A DNA stretch of 64,000 nt from Candidatus Harrisonbacteria bacterium (GCA_016182295.1 JACOXP010000006.1:9298-73297); one strand, 5' to 3'; counted from the stretch's first letter, positions 27,817 through 37,697 are shown. Notes: a model not told the origin generated them from the sequence alone. Numbers and translations are program-made.

Positions 27817-28892
27817 GATTTATTAAAAAATCCGAATGGGAGCAATTGCGTAATTTTAATGCCGATCAGTATCGTCCCGATCACATCCTTACCAACAAGC
27901 AATACTATGATTGGCAATTCGACAATGTGTTTAATGAACAAAAAGATAGTTATACAACACTCGGCCTCTTTAGCAAGGGAGAGTTAATTGGAACTTTTGG
28001 AATGTTTACCGCTCCTTATAATTGTTTTGGCCGGCAAGTTACGGCAAATTGCTTGGCTAATTTGATAATTAAAAAAGATCTCCGCAGTTTGGGCTACGGC
28101 TATCGGTTATTGGAACGAGCTTCTAATTTCAACGATTTAGCTATCGATCATACCATCAATCAACAGGCTTGGCCGATGTTTATAAAATCTGGCTGGGTCG
28201 GCGAGAATTTGAAAAGATTTATTTATATTTTTAACCTCGAAGCAATGAGAAAATTGATAATTAATGATGATACACGTCAATTATCGGCCAGTCCCACGAA
28301 TCCGGTAATCGTTAGGCATTGGCGCTGGGAACCAGTAGAAAAATTTAATGAGAATTTCGATATTTTCTGGGAGAAAGTCAAAAACCGTTACCCAATTACA
28401 ATTAAAAGAAGCAGTCAGTATCTAAACTGGCGTTATGTAGATACGAATTTGATGAAATACCAAATATTCGCCGCTGTGGGTTCTGACGGAATTTCCGGAT
28501 TTGCGGTTTTTCGAACCGAAAATGTCTATCGAGACAATCAAGCAATCGGAGTAAAAATCGGCCGATTGGTTGATTTTGTCGCCGACGCGGCGGCCGAACG
28601 ATTTATTCTTGGAAAGGTGATCGAGTACGGTCGTCAATCTGGCTGGGATGGCTTAGATTATTTTTTCAGCGGTCAAAACCGCATAGAATCTCTAGAAGAT
28701 TTAGGATTTTTTGATGGCGATTCTGCCGGTTATGCATCCATTCCCATCCTTTTTCATCCTATCAGCACTAAGCGGATGCATCTGAATTTCGCGATCAAGC
28801 TGATTAATCCGGAATTAACAAAACAACCCGCCGATAAGTTGTATAATTGGTATACAACGAAAAGCGACGGAGATCAGGACCGTCCGTATTAA
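27807..28892 (+). CDS. GNAT-fold-like putative acyltransferase, paralog B (candidate carrier-protein-dependent transferase)
   Basis: Paralog of 14963-16066 (shared YYDWQF / FFDWY N-terminus and WYTTKSDGDQDRPY tail). Directly follows a carrier protein gene. Confidence 0.5.
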   Translation: MEIRFIKKSEWEQLRNFNADQYRPDHILTNKQYYDWQFDNVFNEQKDSYTTLGLFSKGELIGTFGMFTAPYNCFGRQVTANCLANLIIKKDLRSLGYGYRLLERASNFNDLAIDHTINQQAWPMFIKSGWVGENLKRFIYIFNLEAMRKLIINDDTRQLSASPTNPVIVRHWRWEPVEKFNENFDIFWEKVKNRYPITIKRSSQYLNWRYVDTNLMKYQIFAAVGSDGISGFAVFRTENVYRDNQAIGVKIGRLVDFVADAAAERFILGKVIEYGRQSGWDGLDYFFSGQNRIESLEDLGFFDGDSAGYASIPILFHPISTKRMHLNFAIKLINPELTKQPADKLYNWYTTKSDGDQDRPY

Positions 28893-28901
28893 TTAACAGA
28901 T

Positions 28902-30071
28902 ATGATGAAATCAAAACCCAAACGAAAGATTTGTTTTCCAATAATGAGTCGTATCCACTACGCTCGACAGCGTGGTCTGTTAGATTTGATTAAAAAGACT
29001 CCGGGCCTCGATCTGCAGTTGATAGTTGGCGGTTCAGTTCTTTTGGATAAGTACGGAGAAAGATTTTTGCCGGCTATAAAGTCCGCCGGTTTTCCAGTGC
29101 ACGAAATTCTTTATAATGTTATCGACGGCGGCAGTCATGTTTCAATGGCAAAGACCGCCGGATTAACCGCTCTAGAAGTGTCCAATTCTTTTCACAAACT
29201 CAATCCCGATATCGTTTTGATTCGTGGAGACCGCTTCGAGCAATTAGCAACCGCGATGGTCGCCGCTTATTTGAATAAAACAGTGGCGCATATTGAAGGC
29301 GGAGACGTTACCGGAACGATTGATGAAAGCGTTCGTCACGCTATTACCAAGTTATCTCATATTCATTTTGTTACCAATGAAGATTCTCGCAGACGTGTTG
29401 TCCAAATGGGGGAAAACCCCGATTTGGTTTTTAATGTCGGATCTCTTGATATTGAATTCGCAGCCAATGTTGATAAAAAAAATAACGGTCAAATAGTAAA
29501 TCAAACCGGCGTTGGAACGGTAATAAACACCCGCAAGCCATTTTTGATGGTTATGCAGCACCCGGTAACCACGGAAAAGAATAATCGTAAAAATATGGAA
29601 ATTACTTTAAAAGCCATAGATCGTTTAAACATGCCCACCGTGGTTTTTTGGCCGAACAGCGACGCTGGCACCAATGAAGTCGCGAAAGCTATCAGAGTGT
29701 ACCGAGAAGAAGGGAGGCTTAAGAATAAAAAAATTCGGTTTGTTACCGATCTTCTGCCGGAAGGTTTTATTGCTTTATTGCGTAGATCAAGCGCGCTTAT
29801 TGGAAACTCTTCGGCGGGCATCAAGGAATCTTCTTATTTAGGCGTTCCGGTGGTTAATATAGGCACAAGACAAAGCAACCGATTACGGGGGGGGAACGTT
29901 ATAGACGTTGACTATGACACTCGGAAAATAGAAAATGCCATTAGAAAACAATTGCGGCACGGGGCATATCCTAAGTCCGATATTTATTACAAACCCGACA
30001 CCAGTAAAAAAATTGTCGATATATTAAAAAAAGTCGATCTTTACAGCCAAAAGAAATTTCATGAAATCTAA
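28902..30071 (+). CDS. UDP-N-acetylglucosamine 2-epimerase, hydrolysing type (NeuC/LegG-like)
   Basis: LIRGDRFE ... AHIEGGDVTG ... HIHF match the NeuC-type hydrolysing 2-epimerase motifs (GDRxE, HIEGG). Confidence 0.75.
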   Translation: MMKSKPKRKICFPIMSRIHYARQRGLLDLIKKTPGLDLQLIVGGSVLLDKYGERFLPAIKSAGFPVHEILYNVIDGGSHVSMAKTAGLTALEVSNSFHKLNPDIVLIRGDRFEQLATAMVAAYLNKTVAHIEGGDVTGTIDESVRHAITKLSHIHFVTNEDSRRRVVQMGENPDLVFNVGSLDIEFAANVDKKNNGQIVNQTGVGTVINTRKPFLMVMQHPVTTEKNNRKNMEITLKAIDRLNMPTVVFWPNSDAGTNEVAKAIRVYREEGRLKNKKIRFVTDLLPEGFIALLRRSSALIGNSSAGIKESSYLGVPVVNIGTRQSNRLRGGNVIDVDYDTRKIENAIRKQLRHGAYPKSDIYYKPDTSKKIVDILKKVDLYSQKKFHEI

Positions 30072-30792
30072 AGTTTTAGGAGTAATTACGGCTCGAGGCG
30101 GTTCCAAAGGAATCCCCGGGAAAAATATCAAACCATTATTGGGCAAGCCGCTTATTGCTTATACAATTGAAGCGGCAAAAAATTCTGGAGTGATCGATCG
30201 GCTAATCTTATCGACGGACGATCCGGAAATCGCAAGGGTGGCTAAAGAATACGGTTGCGAAGTGCCGTTTATGCGTCCGGCGGAGTTGGCTCAAGACAAG
30301 ACTCCGCATTTACCGGTAATGCAGCATGCCGTTCAGTGGCTGAAAGAAAACGAAAACTATTATCCGGATTATGTCATGATTTTTCAACCGACTTCTCCGC
30401 TTCGGCAAGCGTTTCATGTCCGGGAAGCGGTGGAGTTGATCCAGAAAACCGGAGCCGATTCGGTATTGAGCGTCTCCGAAATACCTAATCATTTTACGCC
30501 GCACAAGGCGATGGTAGTGGATGATCGGGGAATGCTTTCTCTTTTTAGCGGAAACCCAATTCGCAAGAGAACCGCCCGTCGCCAAGACCTCGCGAAAACT
30601 TATTGGAGTGTTGGCTCAATCTACCTTTTTAAAACAGATTTGCTTTTTCATTCGGAAGATCCTAATTTTTTTGGCGACACGGTCGCCCGCTGCGAAATTA
30701 ATCCAAAATACGTAGTTGACATCGACGTTCCCGAAGACTGGGAAGAGGCCGAGCGGGCTATGAAAAAATTACAAAATGAGCAGTCACGTTAA
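30061..30792 (+). CDS. CMP-nonulosonate (acylneuraminate) cytidylyltransferase, NeuA/LegF/PseF-like
   Basis: VLGVITARGGSKGIPGKNIKPLLGKPLIAYTI is the hallmark N-terminal motif of CMP-NeuAc/CMP-Kdo synthetases. Confidence 0.85.
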   Translation: MKSKVLGVITARGGSKGIPGKNIKPLLGKPLIAYTIEAAKNSGVIDRLILSTDDPEIARVAKEYGCEVPFMRPAELAQDKTPHLPVMQHAVQWLKENENYYPDYVMIFQPTSPLRQAFHVREAVELIQKTGADSVLSVSEIPNHFTPHKAMVVDDRGMLSLFSGNPIRKRTARRQDLAKTYWSVGSIYLFKTDLLFHSEDPNFFGDTVARCEINPKYVVDIDVPEDWEEAERAMKKLQNEQSR

Positions 30793-31564
30793 TCATCAGA
30801 AAGATATTGACCGAGCTCTGTTTGACCGGATTGCCGTTGAATACGGAAAGAAAGATATACTGGCCTCGTCCAGGTTAGCCCGCCGTTACCAGCTCGAAAG
30901 AGCCGTTAAGCCGATCTTGAAAGAAAGGAAAAACTTGGGAACATTGATAGATTTGGGCTGTGGAATCGGAGCCCCGGCAAAATATTTGTCCGGTAAGTAC
31001 GAAAAATATATCGGTCTAGATTATTCGGAAAAAATGGTTGAGGCCGGAAAAATTTTTCATTCCGGAAACACTAAGGTTGATTTCTTTCCACAGGACGTTA
31101 CTAATATTCAATTGCCTGAAAATTCCGCCGATGTTGTTTTGGGGGTTGGCATTTTGCATCACATACCGATGGCGGAATTGGATAAAACGCTTCAATCGGC
31201 GAGAACGGTCGTTAAGTCCGGAGGCTTCTTGGTTTTTATAGAGCCCCAGCGCGGTAATCCGTTAATTCAGGCAACAAGATGGTTGCGTTCCAGGGTGGAT
31301 GCTTCCTATTCATCGGATCAACATTTCTTTTCCAAAAAAGAATTGGCAGATCTTTTAGACCGCAACGGTTTTACTGACTACCAATTGGAATTTCAAGGAT
31401 TTTTTTCCAAGCCATTAGCCCAAGTAGCGTTGCGTCCCCAGTGGTTAGCCACTCCGATTAGTTGGAAAATGGTAATGATTGATAAGGTTTTAGACAGATT
31501 TCTTCCGTGGCCGTTGAGGTTGCTTAGCTGGGACATTATTGTTCGCGCTCGAGTTTTTAAATAG
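30776..31564 (+). CDS. Class I SAM-dependent methyltransferase
   Basis: LIDLGCGIGAPAKYL (motif I); VVKSGGFLVFIEP (post-I). Confidence 0.7.
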   Translation: MSSHVNHQKDIDRALFDRIAVEYGKKDILASSRLARRYQLERAVKPILKERKNLGTLIDLGCGIGAPAKYLSGKYEKYIGLDYSEKMVEAGKIFHSGNTKVDFFPQDVTNIQLPENSADVVLGVGILHHIPMAELDKTLQSARTVVKSGGFLVFIEPQRGNPLIQATRWLRSRVDASYSSDQHFFSKKELADLLDRNGFTDYQLEFQGFFSKPLAQVALRPQWLATPISWKMVMIDKVLDRFLPWPLRLLSWDIIVRARVFK

Positions 31565-31583
31565 TTTTGCTATAATCAAGCCC

Positions 31584-32411
31584 ATGAAAGAACTCTCCGT
31601 AATTATACCGGCCTTTAACGAGGAAGCTGGAATCAGCGATGTGCTAGGACGGTTAGAGGAAGTATTGATGGGGAAATTTAAATATGAAGTAATTGTGGTG
31701 GATGACGGTTCTAGTGACAAAACTGGCGAGGTGGCCAAAATGGCCGGAGTGAAAGTGGTGCGGAATCCCGCTAATGCCGGCTATGGCCGGTCTTTGAAAC
31801 GTGGGATTGAGGCGGCAACCCACGAATACGTCGCTATTACTGACGCTGACGGGACTTATCCGCTTAATCGAATTCCTGATCTGGTGGAAAAACTTGATCA
31901 GGGTTTTGACATGGCGGTGGGAGCAAGGACTGGAAAGCATTATTGGGCTGGTCTATTCCTTAACCCCGCGCGCCTCGTTTTTAAATGGTTGAGCGAGTTC
32001 GTTGTTGGTCGAAGAATTCCGGATGTTAATTCCGGTTTGCGAGTTTTCCGAAGAAGCAAGGTAATGCCATTTTTTAACGATCTTTCCAACAGATTTTCTT
32101 TCACGACATCTTTGACATTGATTTTTATATTAAAAGGATATTTTGTGTGTTATCTTCCGATCGAATACCACGCCCGCAAAGGAAAATCTAAGGTGAGCTA
32201 TATCCACGATGCCATGAGAACCCTGCAGATTATCTTCACGATAATTGCCAAGTATAATCCGTTTAAACTGTTTTTTGCCGCCTCCTTGCCGATATTGGCG
32301 GCTACCATTGTCTTTTTAGTTTTTCAACTATGGCTATACGCCATGATCTCCTTATATTTTGTTATTCTGCTGTTACTGTTGGGATTTTTCTCCGCCATAT
32401 TTTCTAAATAA
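31584..32411 (+). CDS. GT2 polyprenol-phosphate sugar synthase-like glycosyltransferase (GtrB/ArnC-like) with C-terminal TM helices
   Basis: LSVIIPAFNEEAGI...VDDGSSDKTGEVA, DADGTYP, then two C-terminal TM helices. Start taken at MKELSV; the tabulated ORF begins 45 nt earlier. Confidence 0.75.
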   Translation: MKELSVIIPAFNEEAGISDVLGRLEEVLMGKFKYEVIVVDDGSSDKTGEVAKMAGVKVVRNPANAGYGRSLKRGIEAATHEYVAITDADGTYPLNRIPDLVEKLDQGFDMAVGARTGKHYWAGLFLNPARLVFKWLSEFVVGRRIPDVNSGLRVFRRSKVMPFFNDLSNRFSFTTSLTLIFILKGYFVCYLPIEYHARKGKSKVSYIHDAMRTLQIIFTIIAKYNPFKLFFAASLPILAATIVFLVFQLWLYAMISLYFVILLLLLGFFSAIFSK

Positions 32412-32415
32412 ATTT

Positions 32416-34329
32416 ATGACAATTTCCAAAAAGGAAATTCTTTTGGTAACGATTTTATCACTGGTGGTGGGATCGCTTTTTATCGCTCCGCCGCTCGCCA
32501 TTAAATATCACTATGAGCAAGATGGAAATGAATTCGTTTTAGCTCAATTGAAAACTTACCGCGATGAAGTCTACAGCTATCTTCCCCGCGCGCGGGAAGT
32601 TTACGACGGCCGTTTTCCGCCTACAGATTTGTCTTTGGAGGGTTATAAAGCGACTCCCTTTGGATCCGTGCCGCCGCTTTTGTTGGGAGGGTTAATTTAT
32701 GTTTTTCGGGGAGATATGAACGCCGCTTATCTTGCCGCTCAGTTTATCTTTTCGGCGATTATTTTCGCGCTATTATATCTCACCGGCCGATATTTGTTTA
32801 ATTCTTGGCGATGGGCGTTGTTTTTTTCCGCGGTTGGAGCGTTGACTCCCGCGTTGATCAACGTTTTTAATTTTGATTTTAAGGGAGATTTAAAAATTTT
32901 ATTCGATTATACCGTAAAACAGTTTGTACCCTTCGTGAGAACGCAAATTGATAAATTGCGTTTGGCTAGAATTGACGAGCCCCTGCTGACCTATCCGATA
33001 TATTGGGCGGCCATTTTAACCTTTTTAATTTTTTGGAAAAAACCTTCGGTCAAAATGGCATTATCAACGGCCGTATTGTCCGGTTTGCTAGTTTATACCT
33101 ACGTTCATCATTGGATTTATTGGACCATCTTTATAGGTTTGACCTTCCTTTACGCTTTTTGGCGCCGCGGCACGAATCAAAAACTATTTAAAAATTACTG
33201 CGTATTATTGGGATTTTTAGCAATTGTTCTTCTGCCGTTTTTTGTAAACTTTTGGCTGTTTAATCAAAATCCGGGGTCAGTCGACGCTTCTTACAGATTT
33301 ACGGTCTTTGAAACTAGAGAATTGGGTATAGGCCCAAGGCATTATAAGGATTATGTTGCCTATTTAATTTTGGCAATTTTGGTTTGGCTGGCTTTCTTTA
33401 AAAAGCCGAGGAAAATTGACGGAGAGGATTGGTGGCGGCCGAAAGAATGGGGGGTTATTTTCCTGGCATTGATCGGGGCAATTGTCGTTGCCAGAAATAT
33501 CCAGGTCGTTCTTGGAGAAACTATAACTCCCGCAAAATGGGACAATGCTTTTTCTCCAGCTTTTTTTATAATTTTTATCGCCTTAATTTACGATTTTTTT
33601 AAACGTTGGAGCCGGCAGGCGCCGGTAATTGGAAAATGGTCCGGGAGAATTTTGGTTTTACTAAGCGTTTTGGTTTTTGCCAAGTATGCCGTCAATCCGA
33701 TTTCCATTTATTCAAATCCCAACCCAGAAACCTTGGCTTATTATAAATTTCCCAACGAAGTGGTGGATTCCTGGCGGTGGATTAATAATAATCTGGAAAG
33801 CGAGCCGAAAATTTTAACCCCTTCCTACGTTACTTCTATGTATTTGATGAGCTACACTTCGGCTCGACCGTTCGTTCCAAGAGGACTTTTGTCGCTCGCT
33901 TCAAATTTTGAAATTGAGGAAAGATTCCTAATTGCCAATAAGTTTTTTCAAGTGCCGCCAGCCGATTTGAGAATGCAGCTAGCCGGTGAATTTGATCGGG
34001 GTTGCTCGGCATTTGATTGTTTTCCGGACACGGGAATAAACTTAAACAAACCGCTCTTCCAGCTTTATGGGGGGTGGTTCGAGAACCGTAAATTAAAGGA
34101 TTTTTTGAACGATCGTGATCTTACCGAAGCGCGCGATCGGAAGCTTGACGAATTGTTGACGCGGTATAAAAACTTGGAGGCCGATTGGGAGAAAGTGGAT
34201 ATTGATTATATTTATTATGGGCCGTGGGAAAAACAATTGAATGGTGGCAGAACCTTTTGGGGGAATCCCAGTCTGAAGCTTGTTTATGAAAACACCGAGG
34301 TGCAAATCTACAAGTTACTTAATAAGTAA
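32416..34329 (+). CDS. Large polytopic membrane protein, GT-C-fold glycosyltransferase candidate (paralog 2)
   Basis: Start taken at MTISKKEIL after the upstream stop. RDE..YLPRAREVYDGRFPPTD loop and overall topology paralogous to 20743-22626. Confidence 0.5.
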   Translation: MTISKKEILLVTILSLVVGSLFIAPPLAIKYHYEQDGNEFVLAQLKTYRDEVYSYLPRAREVYDGRFPPTDLSLEGYKATPFGSVPPLLLGGLIYVFRGDMNAAYLAAQFIFSAIIFALLYLTGRYLFNSWRWALFFSAVGALTPALINVFNFDFKGDLKILFDYTVKQFVPFVRTQIDKLRLARIDEPLLTYPIYWAAILTFLIFWKKPSVKMALSTAVLSGLLVYTYVHHWIYWTIFIGLTFLYAFWRRGTNQKLFKNYCVLLGFLAIVLLPFFVNFWLFNQNPGSVDASYRFTVFETRELGIGPRHYKDYVAYLILAILVWLAFFKKPRKIDGEDWWRPKEWGVIFLALIGAIVVARNIQVVLGETITPAKWDNAFSPAFFIIFIALIYDFFKRWSRQAPVIGKWSGRILVLLSVLVFAKYAVNPISIYSNPNPETLAYYKFPNEVVDSWRWINNNLESEPKILTPSYVTSMYLMSYTSARPFVPRGLLSLASNFEIEERFLIANKFFQVPPADLRMQLAGEFDRGCSAFDCFPDTGINLNKPLFQLYGGWFENRKLKDFLNDRDLTEARDRKLDELLTRYKNLEADWEKVDIDYIYYGPWEKQLNGGRTFWGNPSLKLVYENTEVQIYKLLNK

Positions 34330-34352
34330 TTCTGGAGTTGTAAATTAAGAAT

Positions 34353-35309
34353 ATGACTACTCTCATCGCAGAACCAAAGGATTACTCAGAAAAGGCCATT
34401 GCGGCTTATAAGTCGCTAGGGCCGGTTTATTTATTGCCCAAACTGGAAGGAAAAAAACGCGATGAGATTTTACGGCAAGCGAATATTATCGTTTTGCGTT
34501 TAGCTTACAAAATTGACGCTTCCTGGATGGATAAGATGCCGAATTTGAAAGTCATTGCCACGCCGACCACCGGATTAAACCACGTGGACGTGGCTGAAGC
34601 AAAAAAACGTGGCATTAAAATCATTTGCCTCCGCGGCCGCACCAGTTTTCTGAAATATATTCCCTCAACCGCGGAAAAGACAATGGCTTTATTAATGGCC
34701 TCGGTGCGAAAACTGCCGTGGGCTTTTGACCATGTTCGTGAAGGCGGCTGGGACAGGAATCTGTTTAAGGGAAATCAATTGTTGGGCAAAACACTTGGCA
34801 TTATCGGCTTCGGCCGTTTGGGGAAGATTGTCGCGAAATACGCCAGAGTTTTTGGAATGGACGTTGTTGCTTGCGATCCCCATCTCGCGCCAAAAGTTTT
34901 TTCACGTTACGGAGTGCGGCGAGTCAGCATGGAGGAATTATTCAAGAGGTCTGACATTGTTTCGGTCCACGCTTCGCTGACCAATGAAACCACCAACCTG
35001 ATCAAAGAAAAACATTTTCGTTTAATGAAACCGACGGCTCATTTAATCAATACGGCGCGCGGCGAGATTGTTGACGAAAAGGCGCTTTTAAAAGCCTTGA
35101 AAAATAAATGGATGGCTGGCGCGGCGCTGGACGTAGTGTGGAACGAAGCGGGTGATGGCTCTCACTTGAAGGGTAATCCGCTGCTTGCCTATGCCAGGGA
35201 AAATCAAAACCTTTTGATTGTTCCTCATCTCGGCGGAGCTACTTACGAAGCGATGCAAGTCACCGAGGATTTTATCGCCGATTTGGTAAAAAAATATATT
35301 AAGAAATAA
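34353..35309 (+). CDS. D-isomer-specific 2-hydroxyacid dehydrogenase (glycerate/phosphoglycerate dehydrogenase-like)
   Basis: LGIIGFGRLGKIVAKYARVFGM NAD-binding motif; catalytic R..E..H arrangement typical of the family. Confidence 0.8.
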   Translation: MTTLIAEPKDYSEKAIAAYKSLGPVYLLPKLEGKKRDEILRQANIIVLRLAYKIDASWMDKMPNLKVIATPTTGLNHVDVAEAKKRGIKIICLRGRTSFLKYIPSTAEKTMALLMASVRKLPWAFDHVREGGWDRNLFKGNQLLGKTLGIIGFGRLGKIVAKYARVFGMDVVACDPHLAPKVFSRYGVRRVSMEELFKRSDIVSVHASLTNETTNLIKEKHFRLMKPTAHLINTARGEIVDEKALLKALKNKWMAGAALDVVWNEAGDGSHLKGNPLLAYARENQNLLIVPHLGGATYEAMQVTEDFIADLVKKYIKK

Positions 35310-35310
35310 C

Positions 35311-35751
35311 ATGGAAAACTTAGCTAAATGTTTTCTGGTTCGTAAATCGGAAATTGATAAAACTTTAGCGACCGCTCCAACGCGGGGCAAGAAACTTTTG
35401 GAACCGCTCAAATCTTTGGCTGCGGCCAATAAGCTCCCGTTAAATATTTTGGAAGACAAAGAGGTTTTGGACAACGAAGCGGAGATTCACAAAAAGGAGG
35501 GTGATCTCTGGCTTTGTCTGAAGGGGGAGGTGAAATTTATTTACGGTGGCGAAATGGTTGATCCCTGGGTCAAAAAGAATGCCGACGGATCTTTGAACGA
35601 GAACGAAATTAAAGCCAAGCAAATTAAAAATGGCATTGAGTCAATTCTCAAACCCGGCGATTGGCTTTGGATTCCCGCCGGCCAGCCGCACCAACATTTG
35701 TGTGTTGGCACCGTTCGGCTTGCAATTATAAAAATTCCTGTTAAGCTATAG
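35311..35751 (+). CDS. Cupin-domain protein
   Basis: G..WLWIPAGQPHQ resembles cupin motif 2; small beta-barrel-sized protein. Function unknown. Confidence 0.4.
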   Translation: MENLAKCFLVRKSEIDKTLATAPTRGKKLLEPLKSLAAANKLPLNILEDKEVLDNEAEIHKKEGDLWLCLKGEVKFIYGGEMVDPWVKKNADGSLNENEIKAKQIKNGIESILKPGDWLWIPAGQPHQHLCVGTVRLAIIKIPVKL

Positions 35752-35784
35752 CCGTTCTTTCAAAAACTTTTAAAGGAGCTATAA

Positions 35785-36708
35785 ATGATTGGCGAACGCT
35801 GGATGCGTTGGACCTTTGCGGAAGCTGGAACCAAAACCGTTTCCAAATTGCTACAGAAAGTCGTGGGCAATGTCAGTACCACTCTGGCGCACACGTTCTT
35901 TGCGACACTGGTTATCGGATTGGTTCAGACTATCAGCGGCCTGATCGTTTGTCGCGTCGGTAAAAAACCGATTTTTCGGGATGGAACTGGCATTCTCGGC
36001 TCATGCCTTTTTGGCTTTTTTGCCGTAGTCTCAAGCGTGCTTTCCTTCTCGGTTTTCCTTTTAGGCGGCGAAGTCGGCATTAACACTTTTATTATTACGC
36101 TTTCCATCATTCCGGGCGCGCTGATTGACCGATTCTTTTTTGGGAAGCAGCTTTCCGGAAGGGAATGGTTTGGGATTTCTGTGGCGATTTTCGCCGGATA
36201 TTCCGTTCTCGGTTGGCCATCTCCAGCGACGGCGATGAAGTTGCCGCTTTGGGTTTGGTTGTCGTTCGGGATCGCTGTTTCAGTAGCGATTAACCAAGGC
36301 ATTACCCAGAAAGTAAAAAAAGTCGATCCATTTTTTAAGAATTTCTGGGGCGGTTTGACCACAATTGTTTTAAGCTTAGCAGCGGTGACCGTGCTTGGAT
36401 CGTTTAATTTATTTGCCGATTTTTCCAAACCTATGCGGAACCTCTGGCTGGTTTCGATAGTGATCGGCGCCATTGTGGTGGGTATGTGGTCGTTCAATTT
36501 ATTGAGCTATAAAGGAGGCGCTAGTATTGCTCTGAAAAAGCTCGTGATGAATGGTGCTTATCTTATTACCGCGATGCTGGCCGGCGTTTGGCTTTTCGGA
36601 GAATCTCTGACGATTTCGAAACTCGTAGGCATCGGCCTTTTCGTCATTGCCTTTGCTTTAATGGACAGGACGACTTGGGGGTTCATTACTCGGAAACTCC
36701 TCGCTTAG
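35785..36708 (+). CDS. Polytopic membrane protein (DMT/EamA-like transporter candidate)
   Basis: About 10 predicted TM helices with duplicated 5-TM halves. Confidence 0.45.
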   Translation: MIGERWMRWTFAEAGTKTVSKLLQKVVGNVSTTLAHTFFATLVIGLVQTISGLIVCRVGKKPIFRDGTGILGSCLFGFFAVVSSVLSFSVFLLGGEVGINTFIITLSIIPGALIDRFFFGKQLSGREWFGISVAIFAGYSVLGWPSPATAMKLPLWVWLSFGIAVSVAINQGITQKVKKVDPFFKNFWGGLTTIVLSLAAVTVLGSFNLFADFSKPMRNLWLVSIVIGAIVVGMWSFNLLSYKGGASIALKKLVMNGAYLITAMLAGVWLFGESLTISKLVGIGLFVIAFALMDRTTWGFITRKLLA

Positions 36709-36726
36709 GCGAGGAGTTTTATTTTA
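36694..36726 (+). terminator. Rho-independent terminator candidate
   Basis: Inverted repeat aactcctcgc / gcgaggagtt followed by a T-run, spanning the stop codon of 35785-36708. Confidence 0.55.
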
Positions 36727-36736
36727 TACTTTAATC

Positions 36737-37636
36737 ATGTTCATCTGGCTCTTGTTGGCGTTAGGTTCCGCCCTGACCAATTCTTGGGTGCAAGCCCTTT
36801 CCAAAACCGCTGTAGCGGTTAGCCGATACTCAAAAATCACAATCAGTTTTGTGGCGATGGCTTGCGCCTCGCTGATTCTCATCAGCATTTCATATTTTTT
36901 AATAGGCATTCCTGTTTTGCAAGAAGGATTTTGGTTCGCGGTTTTCGCGACCGGTATTTTAAATACCATCGCCTTTCCAACCCTACTTAGGGCTTATCAG
37001 CTCGGCGAATTTTCTTCGGTTTATTCGATGATTCTTCTGACGCCGGTTTTTATGATTCTCACTTCGTTTTTAATTCTTGGAGAAACTCCATCTATGATTG
37101 GCATAATCGGAGTTTTGCTGACGGTTTCCGGTCTTTGGTTTGTGTTTCGAGTTAGCCACAAACACGCCCAATCTCCTAATTTTACGATGGGTAATATTTT
37201 AGGAATAATAGTCGCTTTTATCTATTCCCTGTCGGTTAATTTTGATAAATTAATGATTCTTTATTCAGATCGGGTCTTTGCTCCGGGAATGGCCATAGCG
37301 ATAATGGCCGGCGGTTACGCGATTTATCTTTTATTGAAACACGGCACGCTTCTTGTGAAAATCACGGATCAAACGATGGATAATAACGCCCCAAGATTTA
37401 AAATCCCCGGGGTTTTTATTTTGCTCGCTCTTGGCGTATTGATGGCGGGAAGCAACGTGCTTCATGTTTCCGCGCTAGCGGTCGGCCTCGCTTCTTACAC
37501 CATTGCCGTTAAGCGGACGGGAGTTCTGTTTGGCGTTTTCTGGGGCTGGTTATTTTTCAAAGAGAAGAATATAGGCAAAAAGCTTGTCGGCGTGGCAATA
37601 GCTATTGCCGGCGTTGTGGTAATTTTATTCTCTTAA
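36737..37636 (+). CDS. EamA/DMT-family membrane transporter
   Basis: 10 TM helices, two EamA-like repeats. Confidence 0.55.
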   Translation: MFIWLLLALGSALTNSWVQALSKTAVAVSRYSKITISFVAMACASLILISISYFLIGIPVLQEGFWFAVFATGILNTIAFPTLLRAYQLGEFSSVYSMILLTPVFMILTSFLILGETPSMIGIIGVLLTVSGLWFVFRVSHKHAQSPNFTMGNILGIIVAFIYSLSVNFDKLMILYSDRVFAPGMAIAIMAGGYAIYLLLKHGTLLVKITDQTMDNNAPRFKIPGVFILLALGVLMAGSNVLHVSALAVGLASYTIAVKRTGVLFGVFWGWLFFKEKNIGKKLVGVAIAIAGVVVILFS

Positions 37637-37660
37637 TCGATAATCGTTAACCGCTGTCCA

Positions 37661-37697
37661 TATAAAGCAAAAAGCCCCTGTGAGGCGGGCTTTTTGC
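37661..37697. terminator. Bidirectional rho-independent terminator candidate between convergent genes
   Basis: aaaagcccc tgtgagg cgggcttttt hairpin with flanking A/T runs on both strands. Confidence 0.6.

Noticed and set aside
35925-36497. 190-aa minus-strand ORF antisense to the membrane protein gene
   Set aside because: Lies within a confidently membrane-encoding + strand CDS. The translation is Pro/Thr-rich antisense-of-hydrophobic sequence.
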